A DNA stretch of 63,431 bases, filler included, from Welwitschia mirabilis (taxonomy: Eukaryota), in assembly GCA_051453625.1 (NCBI GenBank). It is 4 parts of one record of this genome, joined end to end, with 100 filler letters (N's around TTAATTAATTAA, not from the genome) between each part and the next. Parts side by side here need not be neighbours in the genome. Positions count along the whole stretch, not along the records: positions 1 to 20,905 come from JBOZIK010000001.1; 3 more parts are not named here. One strand, written 5' to 3'. The notes beneath the pieces were generated by a model. It searched no databases. It saw only the letters and a program-made list of their open reading frames with translations, and was not told the origin of the DNA. Shown piece after piece: positions 1 to 12,885 of this stretch. How positions within the stretch are numbered: position 1 is the first letter of the stretch; each line of letters opens with the position of its first letter. A program made the translations under genes and the position numbers.

Positions 1-217
1 ATCAAACTTGTAATTTAACACCATAGAGATAATGCTTTTATGACTTTATAACAAATATTACTATAGCTAATTCAAGATTATAGATGAAATAAATTTAATA
101 TCTTATTTTGATGTATCGATATAATCTATAAATGACTTAGAGTCATCTATCATTATTAATACTAGATCACTGATTAAGCACTTTTTAACATGATCAAAGG
201 TTTACTAACATTTTTAT

Positions 218-2678
218 TGTTGAAAATCTTAGCTTACTCCTTCATATGCATAATGAGATGCTCACATGTAAAAAATAAAAATTTCATTAGGCACCATGGG
301 TATGCCCACATGCCATTTCAAATAAAGTCATTTAGTTGATTTAGATGTTGATTTATTAGTATAAGTCATTGGTAGTTAAGTAATAAGTAGGTATAATCCC
401 AAATTTATAGGAATAAGGTCAAGTAATTTATAAAGTTTTATTATATTTATTGATTAAAAAATAATTTAAATTTTCAGTAGATTTTATGTTTATCTTTTAA
501 GATCCACTTTTTTTAATGTATTTGTCTACTTCTTACTTCTAATTACTTCATTTAATAATAAAACAAGATAGGAAATGGCTTAATAGCTAGTCTAAAGATC
601 CCAATTTAGAGATGAAGATGAAGTTCAAGGCAAGTGCATAGTTGTTTTTTCTAAAAGATTAATAGTCCTCATAATTAGTAACCTACTAAAGTCTACAAAT
701 CAAGGGAAAATACATGTTATAACTATGATATATGTCAAGATCTCCTTCAAAGATAAAGAGGGTTATTGACTTTTGGACAAAATAATGTTTAATGGTATTT
801 TAGTTTGAGTCTATCATTTAATAAATTATAGTCCATCTTTGGTATTTTGACTCTTAACATAATTCATTCAAATCCCAATTTAAATCATATGGACATTTGT
901 CTTATAATTGGATTTGTTTATTAAGCCATTGTTCTACTTTAGCATGATAAAAGCTAGTCACATTAGAGTTTGCAAGGATTTAAGGATAGTGCATAATGAA
1001 AAAGACTTAGTAACTAATTTTTAAAATTTATGTTTTTGAAAAATATCTCAATATAACATCTTGAAAGAGATTTCACTCTATGATATCAAATCATGTGGTG
1101 GAAGGTCAATCTATAATGACAAGCATGAAGGTACTCCATATGATTCTGTTAGTTCATCTTATCATTATTACTAAAAAGTATTAATGTCAAGCATTCAATA
1201 ACTTATTGTTATTTTAATGAAAACTAAAACTACACTAAATTTCCTGTGGATCCATTATTAATCTCTTTAATATCCTACCCACTAAATGTTAAGCTAAGTG
1301 ATTAGTGAATCTAAAGATGCGGTCACATAGGAAAACAATGCATAAGGGATTAGAACTGATGGGAATAAGAAGATTAAAGACGTTCTCTAATAAGTTCATA
1401 AAACTTCTTTAGTAATAGTCATGTAATGAAGATGGAAAGAATCAGTTAGAAATGGAGTAAATTATCTAGATACCAATGTTATCTTCATGATCATTGGCAT
1501 GTTTATAATCATTTGCGTGTTTATTTAAGCCTTGGCCTTAGCATGATATTGGGTTCCTTCACTTACTCATATCATTGGAGATCAAATATGTGGATTAGGC
1601 GATCACATGTTTCAACATTGCATAGTTAGTTTTTTTATGCTTCTTTCACCATTTGGAAAGATGTCATATGGTACTTTGTTTTTTTTTAAATGTTTGATAT
1701 TAGAATTTTATTATACATAAAATTTACCAACTAGCATTAAGTGACGTAAAGATAGGATAGAGGTGATTGACGAAGCTAGGTTATGGGCTTATCCTAACCA
1801 CATTTATTTATGTAAAAATAATGTTATAAGAAGTGGTATAAGACAATTCTTATGACATTATTTTTTAATGAAATTGTTTAGATTGGTTTCATTTATCTTG
1901 TATGTATTCCATTTTTCTTTGAATTTGTTTCATATTGGGTGTAGTCCATATTTTCAAGCAAGGTATAAAGACTTCTTAGGAAGGCTCCTCAAAGATGTCT
2001 CCTTTGACGTTACATAAGATAAAGGTGCAAACTTGGAAGATCACTCAAAGGAAATCCTTAAAGCTACATATTTTAATGCTTCTATTAATTTTAATAATTC
2101 TATTATCAGTTATATGTTTTAGTGCTTTTATTAATTTAAATGCTTCCATTGTTAGGTATTTGTTTTAGTGATTTTATTGATTTCTGTGATTTTATCATTA
2201 ACTTCAATGGTTTAATTCCACTATAATTAGCTTATGATAGTTAATTTTAATCCCTTGTTACAAATTTAACACTAAGAGGGGGATTATTGAAAATTTTAGC
2301 TTATCCTTTATATGCATGATGGGATGCTCACATGTAAAAAATAACATGTCATTAGGTACTATCTGGATATGCCCATGTGCCATGTCAAATAAAGTTGTTT
2401 AGCTGATTTAGGATGTTGAGTCATTAGTAGTTGAGTAATAAGTGCATCTAGATAAATTTTTTTAGTTGATTTATGATTTTAATACATTAGTGTGAATTAC
2501 AACTAGTTGAGAAACAACTGGATCTAATCCTAAATTATGGAAATAAGTTTAACTAATTTAAAATTTTTTACTGTATTTATTAATTAAAATTAATTAAAAT
2601 TTTAAGCTAATTTCATGTCTCTATTTCAGGCTCCAATCCCTTCATGTATTTGCCCCTCCTTTGCTTCCAATTCCTTCA
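218..2678 (+). mobile_element. Short non-autonomous LTR element (TRIM/LARD-like) nested in the gypsy pol
   Basis: Direct repeats 218-550 and 2285-2678 (TGTTGAAAAT.../TATTGAAAAT... ending CTTCA); polypurine tract AAGAGGGGGA just before the 3' LTR; decayed PBS-like TTTAATAATAAAAC after the 5' LTR; flanks TTTAT/TTTCT (TSD, 1 mismatch); host pol rejoins across it. Confidence 0.8.
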
Positions 2679-5600
2679 TTTCTATCCATTGAAACTTGTC
2701 ATTTTCCCTGAAAAGACTTGTTAAGGAAGAAGCTATCTTAGAGAAGTTGAATAAGAATCGATGATAGTAGCTAGAAAAGGCCAAGAAATCTTCTTACCTC
2801 AATGATATCTATAGGTGCTGGCCATTTCATAATTGCTCTAACTTTATTTAAATTAACTGAATTACTCTCCTTAGATACCACATGACCTAAAAATAATACG
2901 AATTCCTTCCAAAAGAAAAATTTTTGATATTAGCATATAATTAATGATTTCTTAAGGTTTATAATACTATTTTTAAGTTGCTCTTATATTCTTGATAAGA
3001 TTTAAGATAAATGAGGATGTCATCAATAAACATAATTATAAAGAAATGAAGATGTATCTAAAAGATGTGATTCATAAGACTTGTGGGTACTGGAAGGGCA
3101 TCAGTTAATTAAAAAATATGATAGTTAACTCATAATATCCATAGTAACTTTTGAAAGATATTTTATGAATATCTTCTTATTTAATTTAAACCTAATGATA
3201 TGTATTTTTTAAATCAACTTTAAGTATACCTTAGCTTTTTTGAGTTGGTTAAAAAGATTATCTCTTCTTAGTAGTGAATATTTATTCTTAGTGTTAATCT
3301 TATTTAAGATTCTACAATCAATGCATAATCTAATTATTCTATTCTTCTTCTTACAAATGATACAAGTGCTTTCCATGGTGAGACATTGGGATAAACAAAA
3401 TCTTTTTGTAAAAATTATTTAAGCTTGATTTTTAATTTTTCATTTCTATAGGAGACAGTCTATATGGTGCCTTAGACATTGGTTGAGTTTCTAGAATTAA
3501 CTAAATAAAAAATCCAACTTTGTAAAGATGTGGAATTCCTAGTTACTTTATTATAAAGACATTAAGATATTCTTTATTTATTGGTATACACTTAGCTAAA
3601 GATTCTCCTTTCTTTATGTTGACTAATTTTAGATAAAGCATACAAACTAATAATCCCTTCTTAGTTTTTCTCTTTACATGCTTATCTTTATTAAATTATT
3701 TATAGCTAATTTGGAATAACCTTAGAATATTTTTCTTTGATTGTGTTTTGTCATCTTTACTTAATGCATTTTACAATTTGTAACTACTTTATTTTGTATT
3801 AACCAATTCATATCTAAAAAAAGGTTGTATTTTTCTAGGTTGATAATAATTAGTTAAATCTAAAAATTTTTCCACTTATGGATAAAGTGTAATTTTTGAC
3901 CTAATAATTAACCTTATAAATGAGCTCATTTACATGCTTCATGCATCCTTTAATTGGAGTACAACATAATTTTTCTCTTAAAATGACCCTAGAAAATATG
4001 AAGTAATGGGCTTCTCTATAATCTAATAAAATAATTACTTATTTATTATTTAATAAATCCTTACTTTTTATGATTAATCTTTAAAATTATATCCCTTGAT
4101 TACCTATTATTTCTTGGAGTTGTCCTACTAGTTACTAAATGTTTGTGATCCTCAATGATTTTCTCATTATTATCTAAAATAATTCTTAGAAACTAATAGA
4201 AATTCTAGAACTCTATGATTTTCTTTACAATTGAACCATTATAATCTATTAACAAAGTCATGTTAATACTTATTTTGACTAGTTTAATATTATTTTTTAT
4301 GATTAGTTTCTAATATGAATTTTATTAGAAAAATTTTAATTCTTCTTGAATGATGTATGTTTGTGTTCCTTGGATTAGTTGGAATTCCTATTTATGCTTT
4401 AATTATTATTGATATTATTTCAATTAAAATCCCAAGTCTTGTTTCAATAAGACATTTGTAATTGATTTCTCTTACCTTTAGGGGAAATTCTTTTTTATTT
4501 TCTTGTTTCATTTACTAAGTTTATTCTATTATGTTTGTTTTTCCTACATCCTTCGGTAAGGTTCTAGTTGAAATTTAGATACCTTAGTACTAATAAAAGA
4601 AATAATTTTATCAATAAAAGATCTTCTTTGACTTATTCACTAGTATTCATATGTAATACATGTCTCAATAATTCCATAAATTTGCATTCATGAGATGCTA
4701 TGGTTATATTAAGAGCTTGTCTTAGGTTGTAGAATTTAATAACATTTTCATGAATATAAAATTTAGTGATATAATGTCTCTTAAGAATATGCTCAAATCT
4801 TAGCTATGACAGTTTCACATCTTCTAGTTTTATCATTTTTAGCTTATATCATAGGTTAGATTCTCTTTGTAACATGTAAATTGCTAAAGAATCCTTTTCA
4901 TATTCATCACATCCTAAAGTTTATAGAGTCTTTTCAACATTACTTAACCATCCTTCTACTTTATATGAATCTGAAGCTCCTATAAACTTTGGTGTATTTA
5001 ATTCAATAAAGGTTTAAATCAAATTTCTCATACCTACTTCCTTATTGGGTTTATTGTTACTATTATTTACTTATCCATTTTAACCTTAACTTATTATTAG
5101 TAATAGGAAGTACATGAATGCATTCATTAATGTTAAATAAAGGTTGCTTTTCCTCACTATGTTTCTTATCAACTTATAAGTTATCTACGTGTTGATTAGT
5201 TGGTTATAACTAAATTGGCCTCAAGACTTAGTTGACTGATGACTTATCTATGAGGAGTAGAAAATATTATAAAATTAGTTTGAGCTAGAATAAATATTAT
5301 GTTATTAAAGGTTAAAATTAATAACTTTATATGATCTTAATAAGGATGATATTATCATTACTAGATAAATGATCCTTACTAATGTATTTATTTATTCTAT
5401 AATTTAAAGTAAATAATTAGTTTAGTTTCATTTATTTCTTTCAAATAGATATGATTTGTTAGGTTTATGCATTAATAAGAGGAATTATTCTTTAAGATTA
5501 GATGATTACATAATTGGAAAGTTTAAAAAGGATTGTGGTATAATATTGGACATATAATTAATGTAAGATAGTTATGAGGTCTTCTTAGAGATATTCCAAT

Positions 5601-5697
5601 CATAGAGTAGTACTCTTGTAACTTTGTAATCGTGAATATGATTCTTAAAAAAGTCTTTTTAATATAAAAAATATTTATAAGTTTTATTAATTTAGAG

Positions 5698-5699
<2 letters not shown>

Positions 5700-5750
<51 letters not shown>

Positions 5751-5772
5751 AAAACACACACACACACACACA
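5700..5772. repeat. (CA)n microsatellite, imperfect at 3' end
   Basis: Directly visible CACACA run. Confidence 0.97.
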
Positions 5773-7407
5773 TACAGAAATACATAAATATAATATATTT
5801 TATTAATTTATGTATTTATATTTCTATTAAAATGATAAATCTCTCTAGGGTATCATGTAAGGTCATGGATTTATAGGTCAAAATTTAGACTGTTATAAAT
5901 TCAATTTTAATTCATCTAAGATCATTTATTCTTATTTATAGGATAGTAGAGTTTTTAAAGACATGATTATGAATTAATCATCCTTTTAATATTATTTAGG
6001 GATCAAAGTTATCATGTATTTAATTAATAACCTGATTATTTAAGGATTGGAGTTATCATCAATATAATTGATTTCATAATTTTATAAAATAATAATTAAG
6101 TAATATAGATGTGATTTAAGTTAACCCATGAATTTGATACCATTAGGTAATATCCTAACTTAAATTAATCTTATTAATCATAATCGTTTTCCTTAGAATA
6201 TAGGTTAATTAGAATTCTTAGCAAAATCTAGGATCAACTTCTACCTATATTATATTAGTATAATTATATTATTTATGAAAAATAGACATTACAAATGTTT
6301 CTTATGGAATTAAATACAGATTATATTGGTTTGCAAACAATTGTAATGTCATACTTTTATGTCCTATATTTATTCATAGTTTTTCATCACACAAAGATAT
6401 CTTATTTATGGTTGATGAGATGTAAACTTATTATAATACATACATGGATATAGGTTTAGAATAATTCTCAACTAATATAATAGGAGGTTGCAACTCCCAT
6501 TAATGGAATTTCAACTCATTATCTGGTTACCATCCATAATGGAGTTGGTTCTACTTTGGTTTCTAAACCATAATAAACATGGCTAGACTTAACTTTATAG
6601 GCTTAAACATCACCTTGATATGCTAGCAAAAATGCAACAGGTAATATGTGAGGTGGATGCATGCTTACAAGTAACCCATTAATGTAGAATTACCTTAGAA
6701 AATAAAATTAAAATGACTTTATATTAGTTAGAAGTATTATNNNNNNNNNNNNNNNNNNNNNNNNNNNNNNNNNNNNNNNNNNNNNNNNNNNNNNNNNNNN
6801 NNNNNNNNNNNNNNNNNNNNNNNNNNNNNNNNNNNNNNNNNNNNNNNNNNNNNNNNNNNNNNNNNNNNNNNNNNNNNNNNNNNNNNNNNNNNNNNNNNNN
6901 NNNNNNNNNNNNNNNNNNNNNNNNNNNNNNNNNNNNNNNNNNNNNNNNNNNNNNNNNNNNNNNNNNNNNNNNNNNNNNNNNNNNNNNNNNNNNNNNNNNN
7001 NNNNNNNNNNNNNNNNNNNNNNNNNNNNNNNNNNNNNNNNNNNNNNNNNNNNNNNNNNNNNNNNNNNNNNNNNNNNNNNNNNNNNNNNNNNNNNNNNNNN
7101 NNNNNNNNNNNNNNNNNNNNNNNNNNNNNNNNNNNNNNNNNNNNNNNNNNNNNNNNNNNNNNNNNNNNNNNNNNNNNNNNNNNNNNNNNNNNNNNNNNNN
7201 NNNNNNNNNNNNNNNNNNNNNNNNNNNNNNNNNNNNNNNNNNNNNNNNNNNNNNNNNNNNNNNNNNNNNNNNNNNNNNNNNNNNNNNNNNNNNNNNNNNN
7301 NNNNNNNNNNNNNNNNNNNNNNNNNNNNNNNNNNNNNNNNNNNNNNNNNNNNNNNNNNNNNNNNNNNNNNNNNNNNNNNNNNNNNNNNNNNNNNNNNNNN
7401 NNNNNNT

Positions 7408-10400
7408 TCATGTAGGCATCATGTATACTATCATGTAGGCATCATGTGTAGCCATTTAAATTAGAATATTCAAAAGGATCTTAGGTGTAACAAACATGAT
7501 ATATTTATTAGAAATCTAGGTGTAATAAATATATTATATTTAGAGGAAATCTATATGTAAGCCATAGTTATATTTATAGGGAATCTAGGCATAAGTAATA
7601 TGTAATGTATAAAATCTATTTATGGTAAAATTTGTAAGAGGATAACATTGAAAGTTTTCTTTATGATTAAGAGTTATCTTGAAGCCTTATAAATAAGAGG
7701 GTGTGATGAGGTGAAAAGTATGCTTTGATAGTTGGATTAAAGAATGAAGAATTAAGAGATCTTGGAGTTGGAAGCTTGAGAGAAGATTGATGTTACAAAC
7801 TGGAGGAGAAAGTTTCTTTGTAGTTTCTGTAAAAGGATTCTAAGCATTACAATAATTTTATACTAGTTATAATACAATAATTTTATACTAGTTAGAATGC
7901 ATAAATAAATGTTTTCTTACATTTTTATTCTAATTTTATTTAAATTTCCTTTTTCTAATTCTTCTCTTTTTTGTGTATACCACTATTTTTTCTAGATCCT
8001 ACCATCTTTACATCATTTGATATGAAATATTTAGCAAGAATTAGTGCTCTCTTAAGTTATTAGAAAGTAATAAAAAAAGAAAAGAATTATAGAAATTAAA
8101 AAAAAAAGAAAATAAGAAAAAATCCCATATGAGAATTAAAAATCATCGAAGAGGATGATCTTGAGTAGGAAGATCTCATGCAGAGATTCATAGAAGGGAA
8201 GATGTACGAAAGGAAAAAAGCATTCTTTCAAAAAAGAATACTCCAATAGCTTAGAGAGATGACAAGTAGGAAGGTCATAAAATCATGAAGTTTTAATTAT
8301 GCTTAATAGCATGGAAATCATGGAAGATAAGCTAATTATATGATCCAGTGCATGATGAAGAGAAGGATCTAATCCTCTGTGTGGAGAGTCTACCTTTATG
8401 TGCAAAGTCGTAATGTATTAATAACAATATTAATGTTGTGATATTACTTCTTCTAGCTTGAGAAGGGACTCAATTTCAAGAGAGATGTATGATGAAAAAG
8501 AATTTTTAGAAAATAAAAAAATAAATAATATGTTTTAGTTAGAGGTCTATTTGTTAAGGTCTTAGTGCACTTGTATAGAAGATAAAATTTACCATGTCTC
8601 ATTACCATGAAGGATCCATGTGTAATTACCACATAAGAACCATATGTAGTTGTTAGCATGTCTTAAAGGGAATATAGGTGAAAGGAATACATTAAGTTTA
8701 GAGCAAATAAAAGTTAAATAAATATGTTATCTTTAGATGCTATTTTTGATTAAAGATGTAAGAGGATAATATTGAAGGATTAATTCATGATAATGATTTT
8801 TCTTAAAGCCTTATAAATAATAGGATATTTTCTTTTATATTTCTTGTTTTTCACTAAATGCACACCTCTAAAGTGTTTTTAGATTTTTTTATTATGTTAC
8901 CTCTATATCATCTCATATTAGAGTAAGTTTGAGTTATGCAAATTATTTGTTGTCTCTGATTTTAATTTTTCAAAGGATAACAACAAAGAAGCTAATTGTT
9001 TCCCACCTAAAGAATCTCATAGTTACTATAATAGATGATAAGGAATATAGATATAAGCTATACACCCAAGCATTTGGATCCAATTTCAGAGAAGAAGTAG
9101 GAATAAGAACACTCTATGGTGGAGGAAACACCAAATAAGAATGTTATGCATAAATTTTATAGTGAAGATGAAGAGAAGGCTTTTTTTATACCAGCTTCAA
9201 TGAAGATGGGACATAGAAGACTAGTTAGTGTAATTCCATTTGAAGAAATCTTGAAAGAAGAAAATATTTGAAACTAGATCCGAGGCATGAAGTAATAATT
9301 CAGGATGAAGGACATACATAAAAAAAATAAAGTAAAGATTAACTCACTTTCAAGGAGTTACGTCTAGTTGGTGGAAATATATTTGAAAGGGTCATCAAGA
9401 TATAAAAGCTTTCAACTTCTTTGAGCTACATGAAGGAGATTTTCCAAGATAAGTTTAGGTCACTTTCAAACAAAAAAAATAAAATAAAAAATATGAATAC
9501 AATTTGGCAAGAAGAAAGGTTAGTGACAAAGTATACAAAGTTATGCATTTGCCATATAGTGAAGACATTTTGATTTTAGCATAGAATAGGTAACTAGATA
9601 CATTACTGGTTTAAAATTTGTTATTTAATATGAAATTTTCATTGTTACTCATAGAATAATAGAATAAGTATACCAATTAAAACTATGAGTATATGAAGAG
9701 TCACAATGAAGGAATAGTTTAAATAGAGGAATAATCAAAGAAAATAAATCACAGATAAGGTGTCATTATCAAGGAAAAAAATTAAATAAGAATGTTAAAA
9801 AAAGAATAAATAAGACACCAAAGGTAGATGAGTTACCTATAGAGGAAAAGATAGAGAAGGTAATTTCTTGGTTGTCTACTATAAATGCCATGAGATAGGA
9901 CATAAGTCTTATGAGTGTCTATGAAGCAAGAAGGCTACACATATCAATGCTCTATTTGAGCATGGAAAGACAAACAGAGAATTCAAAAAGAAGAAATTGG
10001 AAAAGAGTGCTAATGAAAAAGAAAAAGAAATATAATTATTAAAATGACTCTCATGCAAAATGGAAAATTTGTTAAGAAGCCAATACTATAAGTACAACTC
10101 TTTAGAACTAGATGTGAGTGCAAAAAAAAGGTGTGCAAGGTTATAATTGATAATGAAAGAATTGATAACTTAATTTCTAATGAGTTAATGAAAATTTCGA
10201 ATTTAGAGGCCATGTTACATCTAACACCATACTAAATTTCTTAGTTGTAGAAGGTTTACCACATTAGAATTGTTGAACTATGTTTAATCCACTTTTAAAT
10301 CAATGACTTTTATGATTAAATTCCTTATAATGTTATTGCTTTAGATTCTTATCATTTATTATTAGGTAGACAATAAAAGATATGATACAAAGTGCATTCA

Positions 10401-12885
10401 TAATAGGAAGATAAATACTTGTATCATTACGCATAAGAATGAAAATATATTTGAGTTATTATCTAATTTAGAGGACGTTCGATAACATAAGATAGGTGTA
10501 TGCTTCTTGACAAGAAAAGGGGTATTGGACAAAATAAAAGAAGAATTCTAAGTCATGGCAATGATGTTAAAGGTATATTCAAAATAGAAATTAAAGAAAT
10601 GCCTAATGAAGGTAAAAGATGTATTAAAATCATACATATATATTTTTGTTAATGATTTTCTATTTGGTTTATCATTTGTTAAGAGCATAAATCATTAGAT
10701 AGATCTAGTTCCTATTGCTTTACTTCTAAACAAAGCACTATATAGAATAGAATCACATAAATAGAGGAGATAAGTAAATAGGTATAAGAGTTTATAAACA
10801 AGGGGTTGATCAAAGAAACCTTATCACCCTATATTATTCTAATAGTATTAACTCCAAAGAAGGAATGTAAGGAGTTGTGCATCTCTATGAATTTAAGAAA
10901 AATCAATGAGATACTTGTAAGGTATTTCTTTTATATCCCTTACATGAATGATATTTTACATTGGTTGATAAATGCATCTATCTTTAGTAAGATATATTTG
11001 AAGAGTGGATATTATTAGATTTGTATCCAAGAAGGAGATGAATGAAAGATAACCTTTAGGATCTCAAATGAATTATATGAATGATTGGTAACACCATTCA
11101 AATTAACAAATACTCCATGTACATTCATGAGGTTAATGTCAAAGGTACTAAGTCCTTTCCTTAGAAAATTTATTTTTATTTTTATAGATGATTTTTTGGT
11201 ATTTATCAAAATTTTTAAGAAGCATAGAGAACATTTAGTGAGAGTTCTTTAAAGGTTAAAGAAAGACTAATTATTGATAAATATAAAAAAGTATATCTTT
11301 TCCCATTCAAAATTAGTGTTCTTAGAATAGTTATCTCTAAAGATGGAATCAAAATAGTTCCAAAAAAGGTGAATGCTATTATGAATTAGACTATACCAAT
11401 TTTAGAAAGGGTGTTTGTAGTTTCTATGGATTAGCAAGCTTTTATAGGAAATTCATTAAGAATTTTAGTGAGATTTATGCACCAACATTAGCTACCATCA
11501 AGAAGGATCAAACCTTCAAGTATATCAAGAAGGAAAATAAATAATTTAGGTAGTTGAAGAAGAGCATTATTGAAGGTTCTATACTATAACTTGTAGATTT
11601 TCATAAGTCTTGTCAAGTATAGTATGATGCAAATGGTAGAGAAATTTGAGGAGTGAGTAAGAAACTAATGGATATCAAGCAAAAGTACTCAACCTATGAA
11701 AAGGACTTGTATGCTATTTTTTAAGCATTTAAGAGACGCAAAAATTACATGCTACAAAAGAAGTTTATTATGTATGAAATCACAAGACATTGTAATACAT
11801 GACTATTTAAGACAAGTTAAGTGCAAGGCAAGTGAAGTGGATAGAAAAGCTATAAGATTTTAACTTTATAAGCCAGTACAAAAGTGAGAAGATGAATAGA
11901 GTTATGAATGCCTTAAGTTAAGTAGTATGCATGGTAATATCTTTTAAAATTAATGTTAAATATCATACATTTGATACTTATATCATTTTAATCTAGACTT
12001 TAAAGATGTTTGGGAGAAACTAAACACACATTTAGAAGGCCATGATTATAAATAATTTTAGATTCATTACAATTTACTTTATAAGGATAATAAGTTATGT
12101 ATTCCCATAGGATTAGAAAGAGAGAAGATTTTGCAAGAAAATAAATATGAAGACATGGCCAAACAGTGTGGATTAGATAAAACTTATGAATTATTAAGTA
12201 GGTCATACAATTAGCTTAACATGTACAAGGACATACAGCATATAGTGCAAAGTTGCATTACATTTTAAAAAGAAAAGAGAGGATCGACAAATGCAAGATT
12301 TTACTTTTGGTTACCAAAGAGTGGACATGGTTTCATCATGTTGATGGTGGATAAATTTAACAAAAGGTCATGCTTCATTCCTTGTGCTAGGACAAGTTAT
12401 GCTTCATGCATTGCTACACTATTCTATAAAGATATTAAGTATCTCCATGGATTTCCAAAAATAATAGCTTCAGATAGAGATGTTAAATTTATTTCTTATT
12501 TTTGGAGGAGTCTATAATACATGATGAATACAAAGGTATAATATTCTTTAGCATATCATGCACAAACATATGGACATATCAAAGTGATGGATCATAGCAT
12601 TGGAAGCTTATTAATATGTTTTTGTGAAGGTAAGTCAAATAAGTGAAAATATTACTTACCAAACATAGAATTTATTATATTAGGTTAATGAACAGAAGTA
12701 CTAAAAGTAATCATTTAAAGTGGTACACGGATATCACCTGAGGATGATAAATATTTAGCATGATATGTTTTGTGATGTCAAATTATATGTTTTTGATGGG
12801 ATATTTTGAGTAGTTTCAAAGGAAATTTAGACATCTTTAAGTAGAAAATGATGACTATTAAGAGTCAAGAAGAAAATCATAAAAA
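7408..12885 (+). mobile_element. Degenerate Ty3/gypsy element, CRM-like, gag-pol; 3' end interrupted by the Athila-like element
   Basis: Zinc-knuckle remnant YYKCHEIGHKSYEC (~9877-9920); protease-region LFRTRCECKKKVCKVIID (~10098-10152) typical of CRM clade; RT 'SPYIILIVLTPKK...FSKIYLKSGYY' (ORF 10806-11018) and IFIDDFLVF (~11178-11205); integrase SDRDVKFISYFWRSL (~12470-12515); LTR-like sequence with TATAAATA upstream. Confidence 0.8.

Larger units (their letters stand above)
1..6740 (-). mobile_element. Degenerate Ty3/gypsy (Tekay/Del-like) LTR retrotransposon: RNase H/RT/protease/gag remnants, 5' leader, PBS and part of 5' LTR; interrupted by insertion 218-2678
   Basis: Colinear similarity to the better preserved copy at 54129-60194 (e.g. 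5101 TAATAGGAAGTACATGAATGCATTCATTA vs ~59471 ATAGAAATTACATGAATGTACTCATTA; 2681-2760 vs 57141-57220); tRNA-Met PBS remnant on minus strand (TTTGATACCA 6133-6142 = TGGTATCAAA). No intact ORF. Confidence 0.8.

Noticed and set aside
5523..5771. 82-aa CVCVCV ORF
   Set aside because: Translation of the (CA)n microsatellite
6737..7411. 224-aa ORF (also 19663-19921 ORFs)
   Set aside because: Made of N gap characters
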